Shown here piece by piece: positions 44,964 through 53,698 of a stretch of DNA of 64,000 bases (positions are counted from its first letter, which is position 1; each line of letters begins with the position of its first letter). Source of the DNA: a virus (lineage: Duplodnaviria > Caudoviricetes); IMG/VR virus record IMGVR_UViG_3300026198_000001, positions 7,031 through 71,030 of that record; one strand, given 5' to 3'. The notes beneath the pieces were generated by a model, which was not told where the DNA came from, searched no databases, and saw only the letters and a list, made by a program, of their open reading frames with translations. The translations under genes and the position numbers were made by a program.

Positions 44964-45173
44964 TTACGCTTCCTCACCTTTCCAATACTTCATGGGCAAC
45001 TCGATAGCACAGAAATCAAAACTCGGTCCGTATGCCAGTCGATACTCGTCTATCAAGTACTTTTTCTCATTCCTATCTTTAGCATAGTCGCAGTGTTCCC
45101 ACTCCCTACCCTGACGGCAAAGAATCTGGTATCTGTAGCCATACTCTGGGTCATATGCTTTTGGCTTGCTCAT
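44964..45173 (-). CDS. Hypothetical protein
   Basis: Start placed at MSKPKAYDPEYGYRYQILCR. Confidence 0.55.
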   Translation of the reverse strand: MSKPKAYDPEYGYRYQILCRQGREWEHCDYAKDRNEKKYLIDEYRLAYGPSFDFCAIELPMKYWKGEEA

Positions 45174-45184
45174 CTTGCAACCCC

Positions 45185-46114
45185 CTAATCCACGTCCCCG
45201 CCAGCACTCCAGCTCTGCCCCTGCACAGACTCGTAGGCACAGTACCAACAGCGTTCCTTCGAGCCTTCTTCGTACAACTTCACTTGACGATGCTCTTTGC
45301 GTGCGTGGCGAATGATGCCACGAACTACTTGAATCTCCTCATTCATAATCTTCGCTATCCCACCTTCTGTAGCGTAATGAGCAGGGTCACGGTCAATGTG
45401 GTGCACAAGCTGGTAGTTCTTAACAACAGTATCCTTGCTTGGCTGAATCAACTCGTCTTTTACAAAGAACCACTCGCCTTGTCTTAACACAGGCACACCT
45501 TGAGACTCAACCTTCTTAACAATGTCGGGCTTGAGTAGTTCATAAGCATCATCCATGCTGGCTGGCTCCCCATACTTCTCCATCTGCCCCTTATCAAGCT
45601 GGGTCAAGAAGAACCTTCCTCTATTCCCTGCCCCTGTCGGGTCCATCCCGCAGATGTACACGTTCCCATTCCATCTGAATACACTACCACCCATGACATG
45701 GTCATACAACTTCTCACCCGTCACCTTGCTGACTCTACCTGTGTCAAGGTATCTGTCTGTCTCCCAGTCTATAACATCAATCTCTTTGGCAAGGGATGCA
45801 GACGCATTATATCCACGCAAGTTTGCCATCGCTGTCAGAGCAGAGAACGGAAGCTCCAACCTCTGACTATTCGGTATCAGTCTAAACAATGGTGACTGAT
45901 GCTTTGAACTGGTCGTTGCACTGTATCGGTCTGCATTTACAATGTAGTACCCATCTTTCCTCACGGCAAGTGGGAAGTGCGGTCCGTAGCTGTACAGGAC
46001 ATCCCTGTCAAAGTACAGGTGTCCACTCGGTGTATACCCCTCTTCATCCCAACCTCTCAAATAAACTCTAATCAGTTCTTCATTATTCGCAAATCTTTTT
46101 CCCATCTTGAACAC
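45185..46114 (-). CDS. Hypothetical protein
   Basis: 309 aa; LYSYGPHF...YSATTSSKHQ, RQGEWFFV motifs. Confidence 0.6.
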   Translation of the reverse strand: MFKMGKRFANNEELIRVYLRGWDEEGYTPSGHLYFDRDVLYSYGPHFPLAVRKDGYYIVNADRYSATTSSKHQSPLFRLIPNSQRLELPFSALTAMANLRGYNASASLAKEIDVIDWETDRYLDTGRVSKVTGEKLYDHVMGGSVFRWNGNVYICGMDPTGAGNRGRFFLTQLDKGQMEKYGEPASMDDAYELLKPDIVKKVESQGVPVLRQGEWFFVKDELIQPSKDTVVKNYQLVHHIDRDPAHYATEGGIAKIMNEEIQVVRGIIRHARKEHRQVKLYEEGSKERCWYCAYESVQGQSWSAGGDVD

Positions 46115-46193
46115 TCCTTTTCATCAATCTTCTCATTTTCTTTCGGTTACCCCGCTTCATTCTTCAGCTTCTCGTACACAGTCTGTCCTTCTT

Positions 46194-46475
46194 TCATATT
46201 CTGTAATGCGTGCTACCATAACCATTTCTGGCGGCATTGTCTTCGGCTCTATTCAGCATCTCAACGAGCTTTTCAATGGTCTTCGGGTTCATGTTAATTT
46301 TCTTGTTCCCTTTCTCATGTTCCCAGCTTTTACCTTTCTGTAGCGTGTAGCTGGACTGCTTAATCAACTCTTCCAATGTCCCTGTTATCTCCCACTCCTT
46401 GTCCATTCTTGAAACAATAACTTTATAAACAGTACTCTTCTTATTCATATCTCTTCCTCCTCTTTCCTTTAGCAA
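46194..46475 (-). CDS. Hypothetical protein
   Basis: GTLEELIKQSSYTLQKGKSWEHEKGNKKIN motif. Confidence 0.5.
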   Translation of the reverse strand: MLKERGGRDMNKKSTVYKVIVSRMDKEWEITGTLEELIKQSSYTLQKGKSWEHEKGNKKINMNPKTIEKLVEMLNRAEDNAARNGYGSTHYRI

Positions 46476-46683
46476 TATGCAACGATTCTATAAAAGTTAT
46501 CTTTCATAATCAGTTTGTCTACGAACTTCTCCATGCTCTTCTCACTTCTAAATATCTTCTGCTTGAGTATTACCTGATTAGCCTTATTGAACTCTTGCCA
46601 TCTTACTCCATATTCCTTGTCTCCTACATAACCATTTTCCATATTCTCAAACCCCTTCCGTTTTTTTTGTTTTGTTTTCTTTT

Positions 46684-46712
46684 ATCTTAACATATAATGA
46701 AATCTTTGTCAA
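46684..46712 (-). promoter_or_regulatory. sigmaA promoter repeat
   Basis: TTGACA AAGATTTCATTATATGT TAAGAT, followed by AAAAGAAAACAAAA. Confidence 0.85.
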
Positions 46713-46734
46713 GCAAATCCCCAAAAAAAGTTTG

Positions 46735-47769
46735 CTAATCCACCTTCTGCAAATACCTACTTAGCACCTTACTCAAACGATGCTCTAGGACAGTTACTCT
46801 ATTTCTTATCATTTCAATAGCATATTCCCCTGCTTGGTCTGGGTCTTTGTGCTCGTCCTTCCATAATACAACTGATACTACTACATGTGACTCAAGCCCA
46901 TCTATCAGCTTCTTCTTTCCAAGCATCCCGCTTGGGTCGTTATCCAGCATGCAAATCACTTCATCTGCATATTCCTTGAGCAGACTAAGCTGTAACTTAT
47001 TCGGGTCTGCACCCATCAAGGCTACTGCAAAGAACTCATCTGCTAATCCTGCTTCACTCAACCGCTCGTTCAACACTATGCAATCTATTGGTCCTTCTAC
47101 TACTATCAGCTTACGTTGCTCCTCTATCAACCAACCTCCATACAAATGTCGTGTCTTCTGGAAGCTGGGTGGTGCATTCTTATACTTGGGTTCTTCTCCG
47201 TCAACGGTTCTACCAACAATACCCTTCAACTCCAGCCGTGTTCCTTGCTTCTCATAGACTGGGAACAGTACTCGACTTTTCATCTCGCTCATGGTACGCT
47301 CATCAAAGAATCGGTCAATATACCCAAGTCCCCACTTCTCTACCATACCTTCTGTGATACCTCTCGAAGCAAAGTACTCGTGTGGTTTGTTCAAACACTG
47401 TCTAAGTGGCTCAGCTATAATCACTTCGGTCACCTTGTTCACATGACTTTCTACTGTGTCTTCCATCTCAGCAAACAGTACAAAGTCCGTCATCTGCTGA
47501 ACTGTTTCCTCAGTCCACAACCCATCACGGACAGCATAACCACCATATTCTTTGACCAGCTTTAACATGCCACCCTGAAGACCACAACTGAAGCAGTGCA
47601 CTCCAGAAATCCCTACACTTTCTCTAATGCCAAAGGACGGATGCCTGTCTATACCACTGGCATGTGTCCATTTAGCCAAAGGGCAAGTGGTCATTATCCA
47701 CTCGCCCGTTCTTCTTGTTTCCGTTATCCCCATCTGCTGGAGAACATACTCTATACTACGTCTGTTCAT
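46735..47769 (-). CDS. DNA primase (Zn finger + TOPRIM)
   Basis: CPLAKWTH...HCFSC, YFASRGI, VVEGPID, MLDNDPSG. Confidence 0.88.
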   Translation of the reverse strand: MNRRSIEYVLQQMGITETRRTGEWIMTTCPLAKWTHASGIDRHPSFGIRESVGISGVHCFSCGLQGGMLKLVKEYGGYAVRDGLWTEETVQQMTDFVLFAEMEDTVESHVNKVTEVIIAEPLRQCLNKPHEYFASRGITEGMVEKWGLGYIDRFFDERTMSEMKSRVLFPVYEKQGTRLELKGIVGRTVDGEEPKYKNAPPSFQKTRHLYGGWLIEEQRKLIVVEGPIDCIVLNERLSEAGLADEFFAVALMGADPNKLQLSLLKEYADEVICMLDNDPSGMLGKKKLIDGLESHVVVSVVLWKDEHKDPDQAGEYAIEMIRNRVTVLEHRLSKVLSRYLQKVD

Positions 47770-47781
47770 GCATTAACCCCC

Positions 47782-48096
47782 CTATACAGTCACTGCCAAT
47801 TTACCATTCGAAATCTTCGTGAGCTGGCCAGCATACTTTAAAATCTTCTTCCGTGCATAGAACATCTGCTTCTCAGACAAACTACCTCTTTTCTGTATCT
47901 GCTCGGCAAGGGACGAAAGAAACTTAGCGTCAACTCCACTGAAGCCCACGCCGTTGTGCTCTATTGTTACTTCAGCACTGCGTTCTTCAGCGGTCTGGAG
48001 TGAGTAAATCACAACTAAACCTCTCATTACAGCCTTGTCACTCTTCATCAGTAACTCCTTAATCTCTTCCTTCTTCCAGACTTTCTTCTCTTCCAT
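47782..48096 (-). CDS. Hypothetical protein
   Basis: NGVGFSGVDAKFLSSLA...LSEKQ. Confidence 0.55.
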   Translation of the reverse strand: MEEKKVWKKEEIKELLMKSDKAVMRGLVVIYSLQTAEERSAEVTIEHNGVGFSGVDAKFLSSLAEQIQKRGSLSEKQMFYARKKILKYAGQLTKISNGKLAVTV

Positions 48097-48196
48097 TCCT
48101 ACGACCTCCTCTTATACTCATCTTATTCACATCTTTTACCAAGCAGTGGCTTCATCGGCATTTCTTGACCCTCCTTTGTGTTTTTTGTTTTCTTTT

Positions 48197-48225
48197 ATCT
48201 TAACATATAATGATGTCTTTGTCAA
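48197..48225 (-). promoter_or_regulatory. sigmaA promoter repeat
   Basis: TTGACA AAGACATCATTATATGT TAAGAT, identical to the 16339 copy. Confidence 0.85.
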
Positions 48226-48306
48226 TAACTGAGAACCAGAAAGTCCAGATTTTACCAAGAAATTAGAGCAAAAAACAAGGCATGCCTTTCAGTGCTATGC
48301 CATTAC

Positions 48307-49566
48307 TTAAAACCGCAGGATTTTATCCTCAATGTCTTCTGGCAGGAACGAATCATCATCTGAGGTTACCAGTACCCCAAACTCCATTCTCCGCAAATCC
48401 CAGTGAAGTGTGAAGTCCTTCGGCTCACCCTCCCTTATCTTGAGCATCCGTACCCGCATTTCGTTGTTCATTTCCATATCCCTTGTCCTGAACAAACCAA
48501 GTACCACATCTGCATCCTGACCTATGCTGTCGCTGAAACCAAGGTTCGATAACGTTACTTTATCCATCTTGACCTCGTCTGCGGCTCGATTGAACTGTGT
48601 CGTTGCAATAACAGGTATCTTCTTGCTCTGGGCCAACTTCTTGAGTCCTCTACTTATATTCGAGATACTCTCCCAGCGGCTTGTGCTTCTTCCATCGTCA
48701 GACAGCAGGTACATACCGTCTATCAATACTATGTCTGGCCTATATAGGTCTATCTTATTTGCTACGGACAGTATTCCTTTGACATCCTGTGTCACATCCA
48801 TCTGCACTTCACTCTTCATCTTTGCGAGTCCTTCAAAGTACCTCTTCTCCAGTGCGTCTGGTAGCAACCCTGCTCTCAGTTCTTTGTATGGCAACTTAAA
48901 GTGCACTGCATCAAACCTCTGCATAATCTGCCCATTTGACATTTCATTACTTACGAATAATACCTTCAACTTTGCTGAACATAGATACTCTGCCAATATT
49001 GTCAACATGAACGTCTTGCCTACGCCCGGGCGTGATACTATTGCTACGAAGTCTCCTGCGTGCAATCCCATCGTTGCCTCATTCAAAACTCCCCACGGAG
49101 TCGGGTGTCCATCCATACCTCCTACGTTCTTTAACCTCAGATACCTTTCCTTCCTTACGTCTATTGTTCCCGCTATCGAGTCGTCTCTCGTGGGTACTAC
49201 ATCTACTGTCAGGTCTGCTATACCTGCTTGCAACTCTGCCAATCCTTCCAGTGGCTTCATTACAAGTATCTTTGCCCCATTCATCAAGAGCCGTGCTCCC
49301 TGTGCTCGTACATAATTCTCAGTCATCTTATCTAAGTAGTACTCAGCCGGCTCCTTTGCATATGACAACTTCAATTCTGGAAACGCTTCCTCTACAATCT
49401 CAAGAGACGGTACTTTCGTATACTTAGCGTAGAAATCCACAATATATCGAAAACACCGTCTGCATTCTGCGTCCTGAAACAAGTCCTCCGTTACCTTCCT
49501 ATCCATGACCGTATTCCAGTCATCGCTGAACAGTACACGTGCCAATATTGCTTTTTCTGGTATCAC
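48307..49566 (-). CDS. Replicative DnaB-like helicase
   Basis: SRPGVGKT, SNEM, LIDGMYL, TTQFNR, SDSIGQDAD, KIREG. Confidence 0.9.
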   Translation of the reverse strand: MIPEKAILARVLFSDDWNTVMDRKVTEDLFQDAECRRCFRYIVDFYAKYTKVPSLEIVEEAFPELKLSYAKEPAEYYLDKMTENYVRAQGARLLMNGAKILVMKPLEGLAELQAGIADLTVDVVPTRDDSIAGTIDVRKERYLRLKNVGGMDGHPTPWGVLNEATMGLHAGDFVAIVSRPGVGKTFMLTILAEYLCSAKLKVLFVSNEMSNGQIMQRFDAVHFKLPYKELRAGLLPDALEKRYFEGLAKMKSEVQMDVTQDVKGILSVANKIDLYRPDIVLIDGMYLLSDDGRSTSRWESISNISRGLKKLAQSKKIPVIATTQFNRAADEVKMDKVTLSNLGFSDSIGQDADVVLGLFRTRDMEMNNEMRVRMLKIREGEPKDFTLHWDLRRMEFGVLVTSDDDSFLPEDIEDKILRF

Positions 49567-49581
49567 TAACCATTACCCCCT

Positions 49582-50205
49582 CTATAGCATCTTCTGTAAT
49601 TGCTTTGCCCTCTCTTCCCTAAAGTCAAAACCTGTTACATTAATCGGTATCATACTTTCCTTCAGCAAGGCAGAGAAATCCTCGCTATACAACTTTTGCA
49701 GGTCTCTCGGATGTACATTACCAGTCAGTATCGTTGTACGTACTTTCTGAACCCTGCTCCGCATCATAGACTCAATCGTATTCTCTGCATACCCACTGCT
49801 TGTTCGATATTCTTTACCAATATCATCAAGTACCATCAGGTCAACCATTTCAAGCCTTGCTTCTATGCTTGTACCCTCCTCAAAAACTTCCTTATTTAAT
49901 AGTCGTGTTTTGAGCCGCCCAGACTCCTCAAAGAAAACTGTGTACCCATAACGTAACGCTTCTTTTACTATAATAGCAGTCAAGCTTGTCTTTCCTGTGC
50001 CATTTTCAAGAGACCACAAGTACAAGCCTACCCCTTTCTCGAGCATATCTGGCAGATTCTCCAAGTACTTAGAAATCCGCCCCTTGTACGCAAGCTCATC
50101 TGGCACTGCACCCATAGAGGCATCCCAGTAACGCTCAGGCAGGTTTGCCCGTCTTACGTCACCCATAGTCAATTTCCTCTTCTCATTACCAATTATACGC
50201 CCCAT
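49582..50205 (-). CDS. DnaC/IstB-like helicase loader
   Basis: NGTGKT Walker A, MVLDDIG Walker B; lies between initiator and helicase. Confidence 0.85.
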   Translation of the reverse strand: MGRIIGNEKRKLTMGDVRRANLPERYWDASMGAVPDELAYKGRISKYLENLPDMLEKGVGLYLWSLENGTGKTSLTAIIVKEALRYGYTVFFEESGRLKTRLLNKEVFEEGTSIEARLEMVDLMVLDDIGKEYRTSSGYAENTIESMMRSRVQKVRTTILTGNVHPRDLQKLYSEDFSALLKESMIPINVTGFDFREERAKQLQKML

Positions 50206-51173
50206 TCGTTGTCTACAACCCCTTTACTATTTACTTCAGCGGTTGTGCTAAGCTGTTCCTGCAAGTAACCACGGAAACCAAACAGCATTCCTACCGTTGG
50301 CACTCCTATCAGGTTGCATTCTCTTCGAAACTTAGCCCAATTTCTAAATGTCCAGTCTATACCAATCTTTACATTATCATAGCCATAATGGTCGATAAGC
50401 TTTTTCATTAAGTTCCTGTCCTTAGCCAAGTCAAGTGGTGCTGTACCCCCAAACGTACTCTGAAACTCCTGTGCAAAGTACTTAACCAGTGTATTCGAGT
50501 TCTGTGCTACTTTGCGTGGTTTTCCCTCTTTCTTTTCCCTAACTGCTTTACTTCGTTCTGCGGTCTTCTTTACCAAGGCATTAATGTCGGTTTTACCAGT
50601 AGGAGTCCCTACAAACTTACTCTCTTTACTCAGTGCCTGTGCTTTATCTACCTGTGCTGTGGTAGTTGATGAGCGAAGCGAATCATATGTAGTCTCCTGC
50701 GTAATTTCTGTTGTAATCTCTGTAATAGATTCAACATTTTGTTGAATGTTGATTTCACTATTTGTCGAATATAGATTCGACATTTGGTGCATAGGGTCAT
50801 TTTGACTTATCAGTTTATCTGTTTCGTGCATTGCTTCTTTAGCTTGATGCTCTTGCCATAGCTTCTCCAATGCATCAAAATTTACTCGGTAATGCAGAGT
50901 CCGTGGTATCCGTGCATACTTCTCTTCAAGTACACCTAACTCCTTCAGTATCTTACGTGCTCCTTCCTGTTCTCGTCTAGTCAGACCTGTTTCCAGTTCC
51001 ATATCTTCAGCAGACTTGTAAACCCATCGGTTTTTCTTATCTTGTTGCTTCCCTTCCCAGTAACATAGTTGACTTAAAAACAACGTAGCTTTTGTGCTGT
51101 TCGTAATCTTGGTCAAGTTCGGGTAGTACGCATTTGCTCGCCCTATACTTGTCATCAGGTCTCCAAGTTTCAT
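50193..51173 (-). CDS. Replication initiator protein
   Basis: LFLSQLCYW...WVYKSAEDMELETGLTRREQEGARKIL wHTH; low-complexity linker; context. Confidence 0.75.
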   Translation of the reverse strand: MKLGDLMTSIGRANAYYPNLTKITNSTKATLFLSQLCYWEGKQQDKKNRWVYKSAEDMELETGLTRREQEGARKILKELGVLEEKYARIPRTLHYRVNFDALEKLWQEHQAKEAMHETDKLISQNDPMHQMSNLYSTNSEINIQQNVESITEITTEITQETTYDSLRSSTTTAQVDKAQALSKESKFVGTPTGKTDINALVKKTAERSKAVREKKEGKPRKVAQNSNTLVKYFAQEFQSTFGGTAPLDLAKDRNLMKKLIDHYGYDNVKIGIDWTFRNWAKFRRECNLIGVPTVGMLFGFRGYLQEQLSTTAEVNSKGVVDNEWGV

Positions 51174-51511
51174 ATGAGACCACCTCCAAGCGAAAACAGG
51201 CGTGCTTTATCAAAGGTGTTATCTGTATCTACTACTCTTACATAATCATTTTTGACAAGTAGTCGTATCAACCTTCCTATTGTACTTGTGCTAAGGAACG
51301 GCATTTCGTCATGTATCTGATTAACAGTCAGTCTTGCCCAACGTATTCCGTACTCATCTACTACACCATCTCGCTTTATCAATCCTGCTACAACAGTCAG
51401 CAGTACTGCTTGCTTTAAACCAACCTGCTCAGCTAACTTCGAATTGACCACAATGGGAGGCTCGTCCAGTATCTCTCTATGGTTCAACCGCAAACACCCC
51501 CTCTTCAACAT
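51170..51511 (-). CDS. Winged-helix protein
   Basis: AEQVGLKQAVLL...WARLT...MPFLSTSTIGRLI. Confidence 0.6.
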   Translation of the reverse strand: MLKRGCLRLNHREILDEPPIVVNSKLAEQVGLKQAVLLTVVAGLIKRDGVVDEYGIRWARLTVNQIHDEMPFLSTSTIGRLIRLLVKNDYVRVVDTDNTFDKARLFSLGGGLI

Positions 51512-51716
51512 AGGACTCAGGTGTTACAGTCTGAATAACCAACCCACTCTTTGATAACTCCTCTTTCAACAAACCACGTCTCTTCAAAATCCTGTTCAGC
51601 TCAAACTTTATCAAGCTAGAACTACTTCGACTTTCCAACCGTGCCAGCATTTCCAAAGCTTGTTTCTCTTCTTCTGAAACGTATGCGAACACCATCGGAA
51701 GTTCTTTTTTCCGCAT
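51477..51716 (-). CDS. Small ribbon-helix-helix-like regulator
   Basis: VFAYVSEEEKQALEMLARLESRSSSSLI. Confidence 0.55.
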   Translation of the reverse strand: MRKKELPMVFAYVSEEEKQALEMLARLESRSSSSLIKFELNRILKRRGLLKEELSKSGLVIQTVTPESYVEEGVFAVEP

Positions 51717-51755
51717 ATGCAGTTACCCCCTTGAATTTTTTGGTTGTATACTTTT

Positions 51756-51785
51756 ATTCTATCAAGGGGGCATTGCATATGTCAA
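51756..51785 (-). promoter_or_regulatory. sigmaA-like promoter of the replication operon
   Basis: TTGACA-18-TAGAAT with TG extension. Confidence 0.6.
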
Positions 51786-51805
51786 GCAATGTACTAGTGT
51801 AGTAC

Positions 51806-52192
51806 TTACACGTATCTATGTTCAATAGTCCAGAGCAATGCTATAGCAATGGTCTCTTCTCTAATCTTACCTGCGTAGCACACCTCTTCTATGCGTATCT
51901 CATACAACCAGCTATCGCCCGTAATCGCCTTGCTTGCTGTTAGCCTATAATCCAAGCCGTGCTCTTCTATTGTGGCTAACAATTGGTCAGCACGAGGAAT
52001 CCAGATACAGTTTTCTGGTTCGCTTTTAACTATTCTTGTGTCACAAGCAAGCACCGATGCATTAAAGGTACGATAATTCCCTCTCCAGTAGTAACGGTCG
52101 CCCTCTTCTGGTTTCCACACAAGCCCTGCTTCCTTGAGTTCTCTTGCCAGTTCTACACTAATCATTTTTGTTCCCCCTATCTGTTGGTTCAT
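51806..52192 (-). CDS. Hypothetical protein
   Basis: MISVELARELKEAGLVWKPEEGD...WIPRADQL. Confidence 0.55.
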   Translation of the reverse strand: MNQQIGGTKMISVELARELKEAGLVWKPEEGDRYYWRGNYRTFNASVLACDTRIVKSEPENCIWIPRADQLLATIEEHGLDYRLTASKAITGDSWLYEIRIEEVCYAGKIREETIAIALLWTIEHRYV

Positions 52193-52412
52193 AGCTTACT
52201 GATAGTTGGTATCCATCAGAGTCATACTCTACAACCTGAAACCAGCGTGGTTTTTCTTTCTTTATTGTCTTTACGTCCATACCCATGCCCTGCTCCAAAA
52301 ATATAAAAACCTCTTCCCCTTCAATATTTGTCCCCTCGTACACAGAACTCTGGTTTTCACAGATAAACTTCTTGATATTTTCTCTATTGCTAAAGTCTAT
52401 TACTAATCCCAC
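52158..52412 (-). CDS. Hypothetical protein
   Basis: 84 aa ORF. Confidence 0.5.
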   Translation of the reverse strand: MGLVIDFSNRENIKKFICENQSSVYEGTNIEGEEVFIFLEQGMGMDVKTIKKEKPRWFQVVEYDSDGYQLSVSYEPTDRGNKND

Positions 52413-52575
52413 TGTGATACACCAACCTTCTTCATAAGCTAATCAATCCCTTCCAAAATCGGTTTCCAACAGCCACATCAAAGCAGGAAACCAGATGAAC
52501 GATGTAACAATTACGACTGTAACAATCTTTGGTAGCAGGGGTCCACTCTGCCATGCCTGTACTATAAGTTCCATT

Positions 52576-52960
52576 TTGTCCTCCTTTCTTAATCACGACT
52601 GATTCGTATGTAGCCTACCAAAACCAAGCTTTAGAACTTCGCTTTCTAGTCCAGTCTAATCCGCTGATAACATCTTATACGTTTGCCTTTCCACCTCTCC
52701 CCACCTCCTAAACTCGTATGCTTGATACAGTGCTCATTCTCAAGCGGGAACATGCAGTCAAACGGTGTCTTCGCCGCTGTTTCTCCCTCGTGGTAGAACA
52801 CAAATGCACCATCTTCTACAACACGCTTTACCTTACCAATCGCACATCTACTACCGTTCTTATACACAACCAACTGACCTTCTCTAAACTTACTCATCTT
52901 TGTCCTCCTTACTTAATCATGACTTATTCGTATGTAGTCTACCAAAACCCAGCTTCTGAA
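52576..52960. repeat. Pair of 61-bp imperfect direct repeats (52576-52636 and 52900-52960) flanking one small gene
   Basis: ttgtcctcctt-cttaatca-gact-attcgtatgtag-ctaccaaaacc-agctt--gaa in both copies. Confidence 0.85.
52646..52897 (-). CDS. Hypothetical protein
   Basis: MSKFREGQLVVY...IGKVKR; AGGAGG RBS lies inside the repeat. Confidence 0.55.
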   Translation of the reverse strand: MSKFREGQLVVYKNGSRCAIGKVKRVVEDGAFVFYHEGETAAKTPFDCMFPLENEHCIKHTSLGGGERWKGKRIRCYQRIRLD

Positions 52961-53011
52961 TCCTTATTCTTACACCTACTTTCATAAAGTTCATAGACTG
53001 TTGGGCAATCA

Positions 53012-53695
53012 CTAATTTGCTTGTCTCCTCCTCCCTTTTAACCGAAGCATCCGTGATGGGGCTGTCCGTCTAATCCTCTTCAACACTGACAGTACAAGCC
53101 ATTTCTGTGCGTCATCCGTCATATGTTTGAACTCACTGTTTTTCTTCTTCCGAATGCATCTTACTTTATCGGTATCAATATACAAGATAACTCCTATGTC
53201 TTCGGGTATCTTCTCCTTGACCTTCTCGTACAAATCCTTCGGCATTACGTAGTAGTTCAGGTTCCCGACAAAGTTATGCCCATTCTTACTATTAAAGTCA
53301 GCTACTGAGACTTTAATCTCAAAACACGTTAGTAGTATCTTGGCTACTCCAATACACCTAGGCGCACTCCACCTGCAACTAGGTTCATCACAGTACTTAG
53401 GAGTCTGTTCTTTCTCGTACCCTTTAGGACAATTCAGCTGAAAGTTCGTGTGGTACGTGTGTGCTATGCATACCTTGCGTATCTCTACATCACCAAAGTA
53501 CTCACTAACCTTTACACAGTCAATTATTCCGCAGGCGGTAGTTCCGTTCTCAACAGGGACTTCAAAAGCCGTAGACCGTCCTCTTAACTTATTTATCTTA
53601 ATACCGCTCATTTCTGCTGGGTCATATAAGCGCAGGCATTTTTCTATCTCTTTGGTCAAGTCTGTTTTTGCCAAGGTTTCCCCTCCTCTATTCAA
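53012..53695 (-). CDS. PD-(D/E)XK-fold protein (MmcB-like)
   Basis: FEV...IDCV...CFEIKVSVADF...NYYVMP. Confidence 0.6.
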   Translation of the reverse strand: MNRGGETLAKTDLTKEIEKCLRLYDPAEMSGIKINKLRGRSTAFEVPVENGTTACGIIDCVKVSEYFGDVEIRKVCIAHTYHTNFQLNCPKGYEKEQTPKYCDEPSCRWSAPRCIGVAKILLTCFEIKVSVADFNSKNGHNFVGNLNYYVMPKDLYEKVKEKIPEDIGVILYIDTDKVRCIRKKKNSEFKHMTDDAQKWLVLSVLKRIRRTAPSRMLRLKGRRRQAN

Positions 53696-53698
53696 TCT

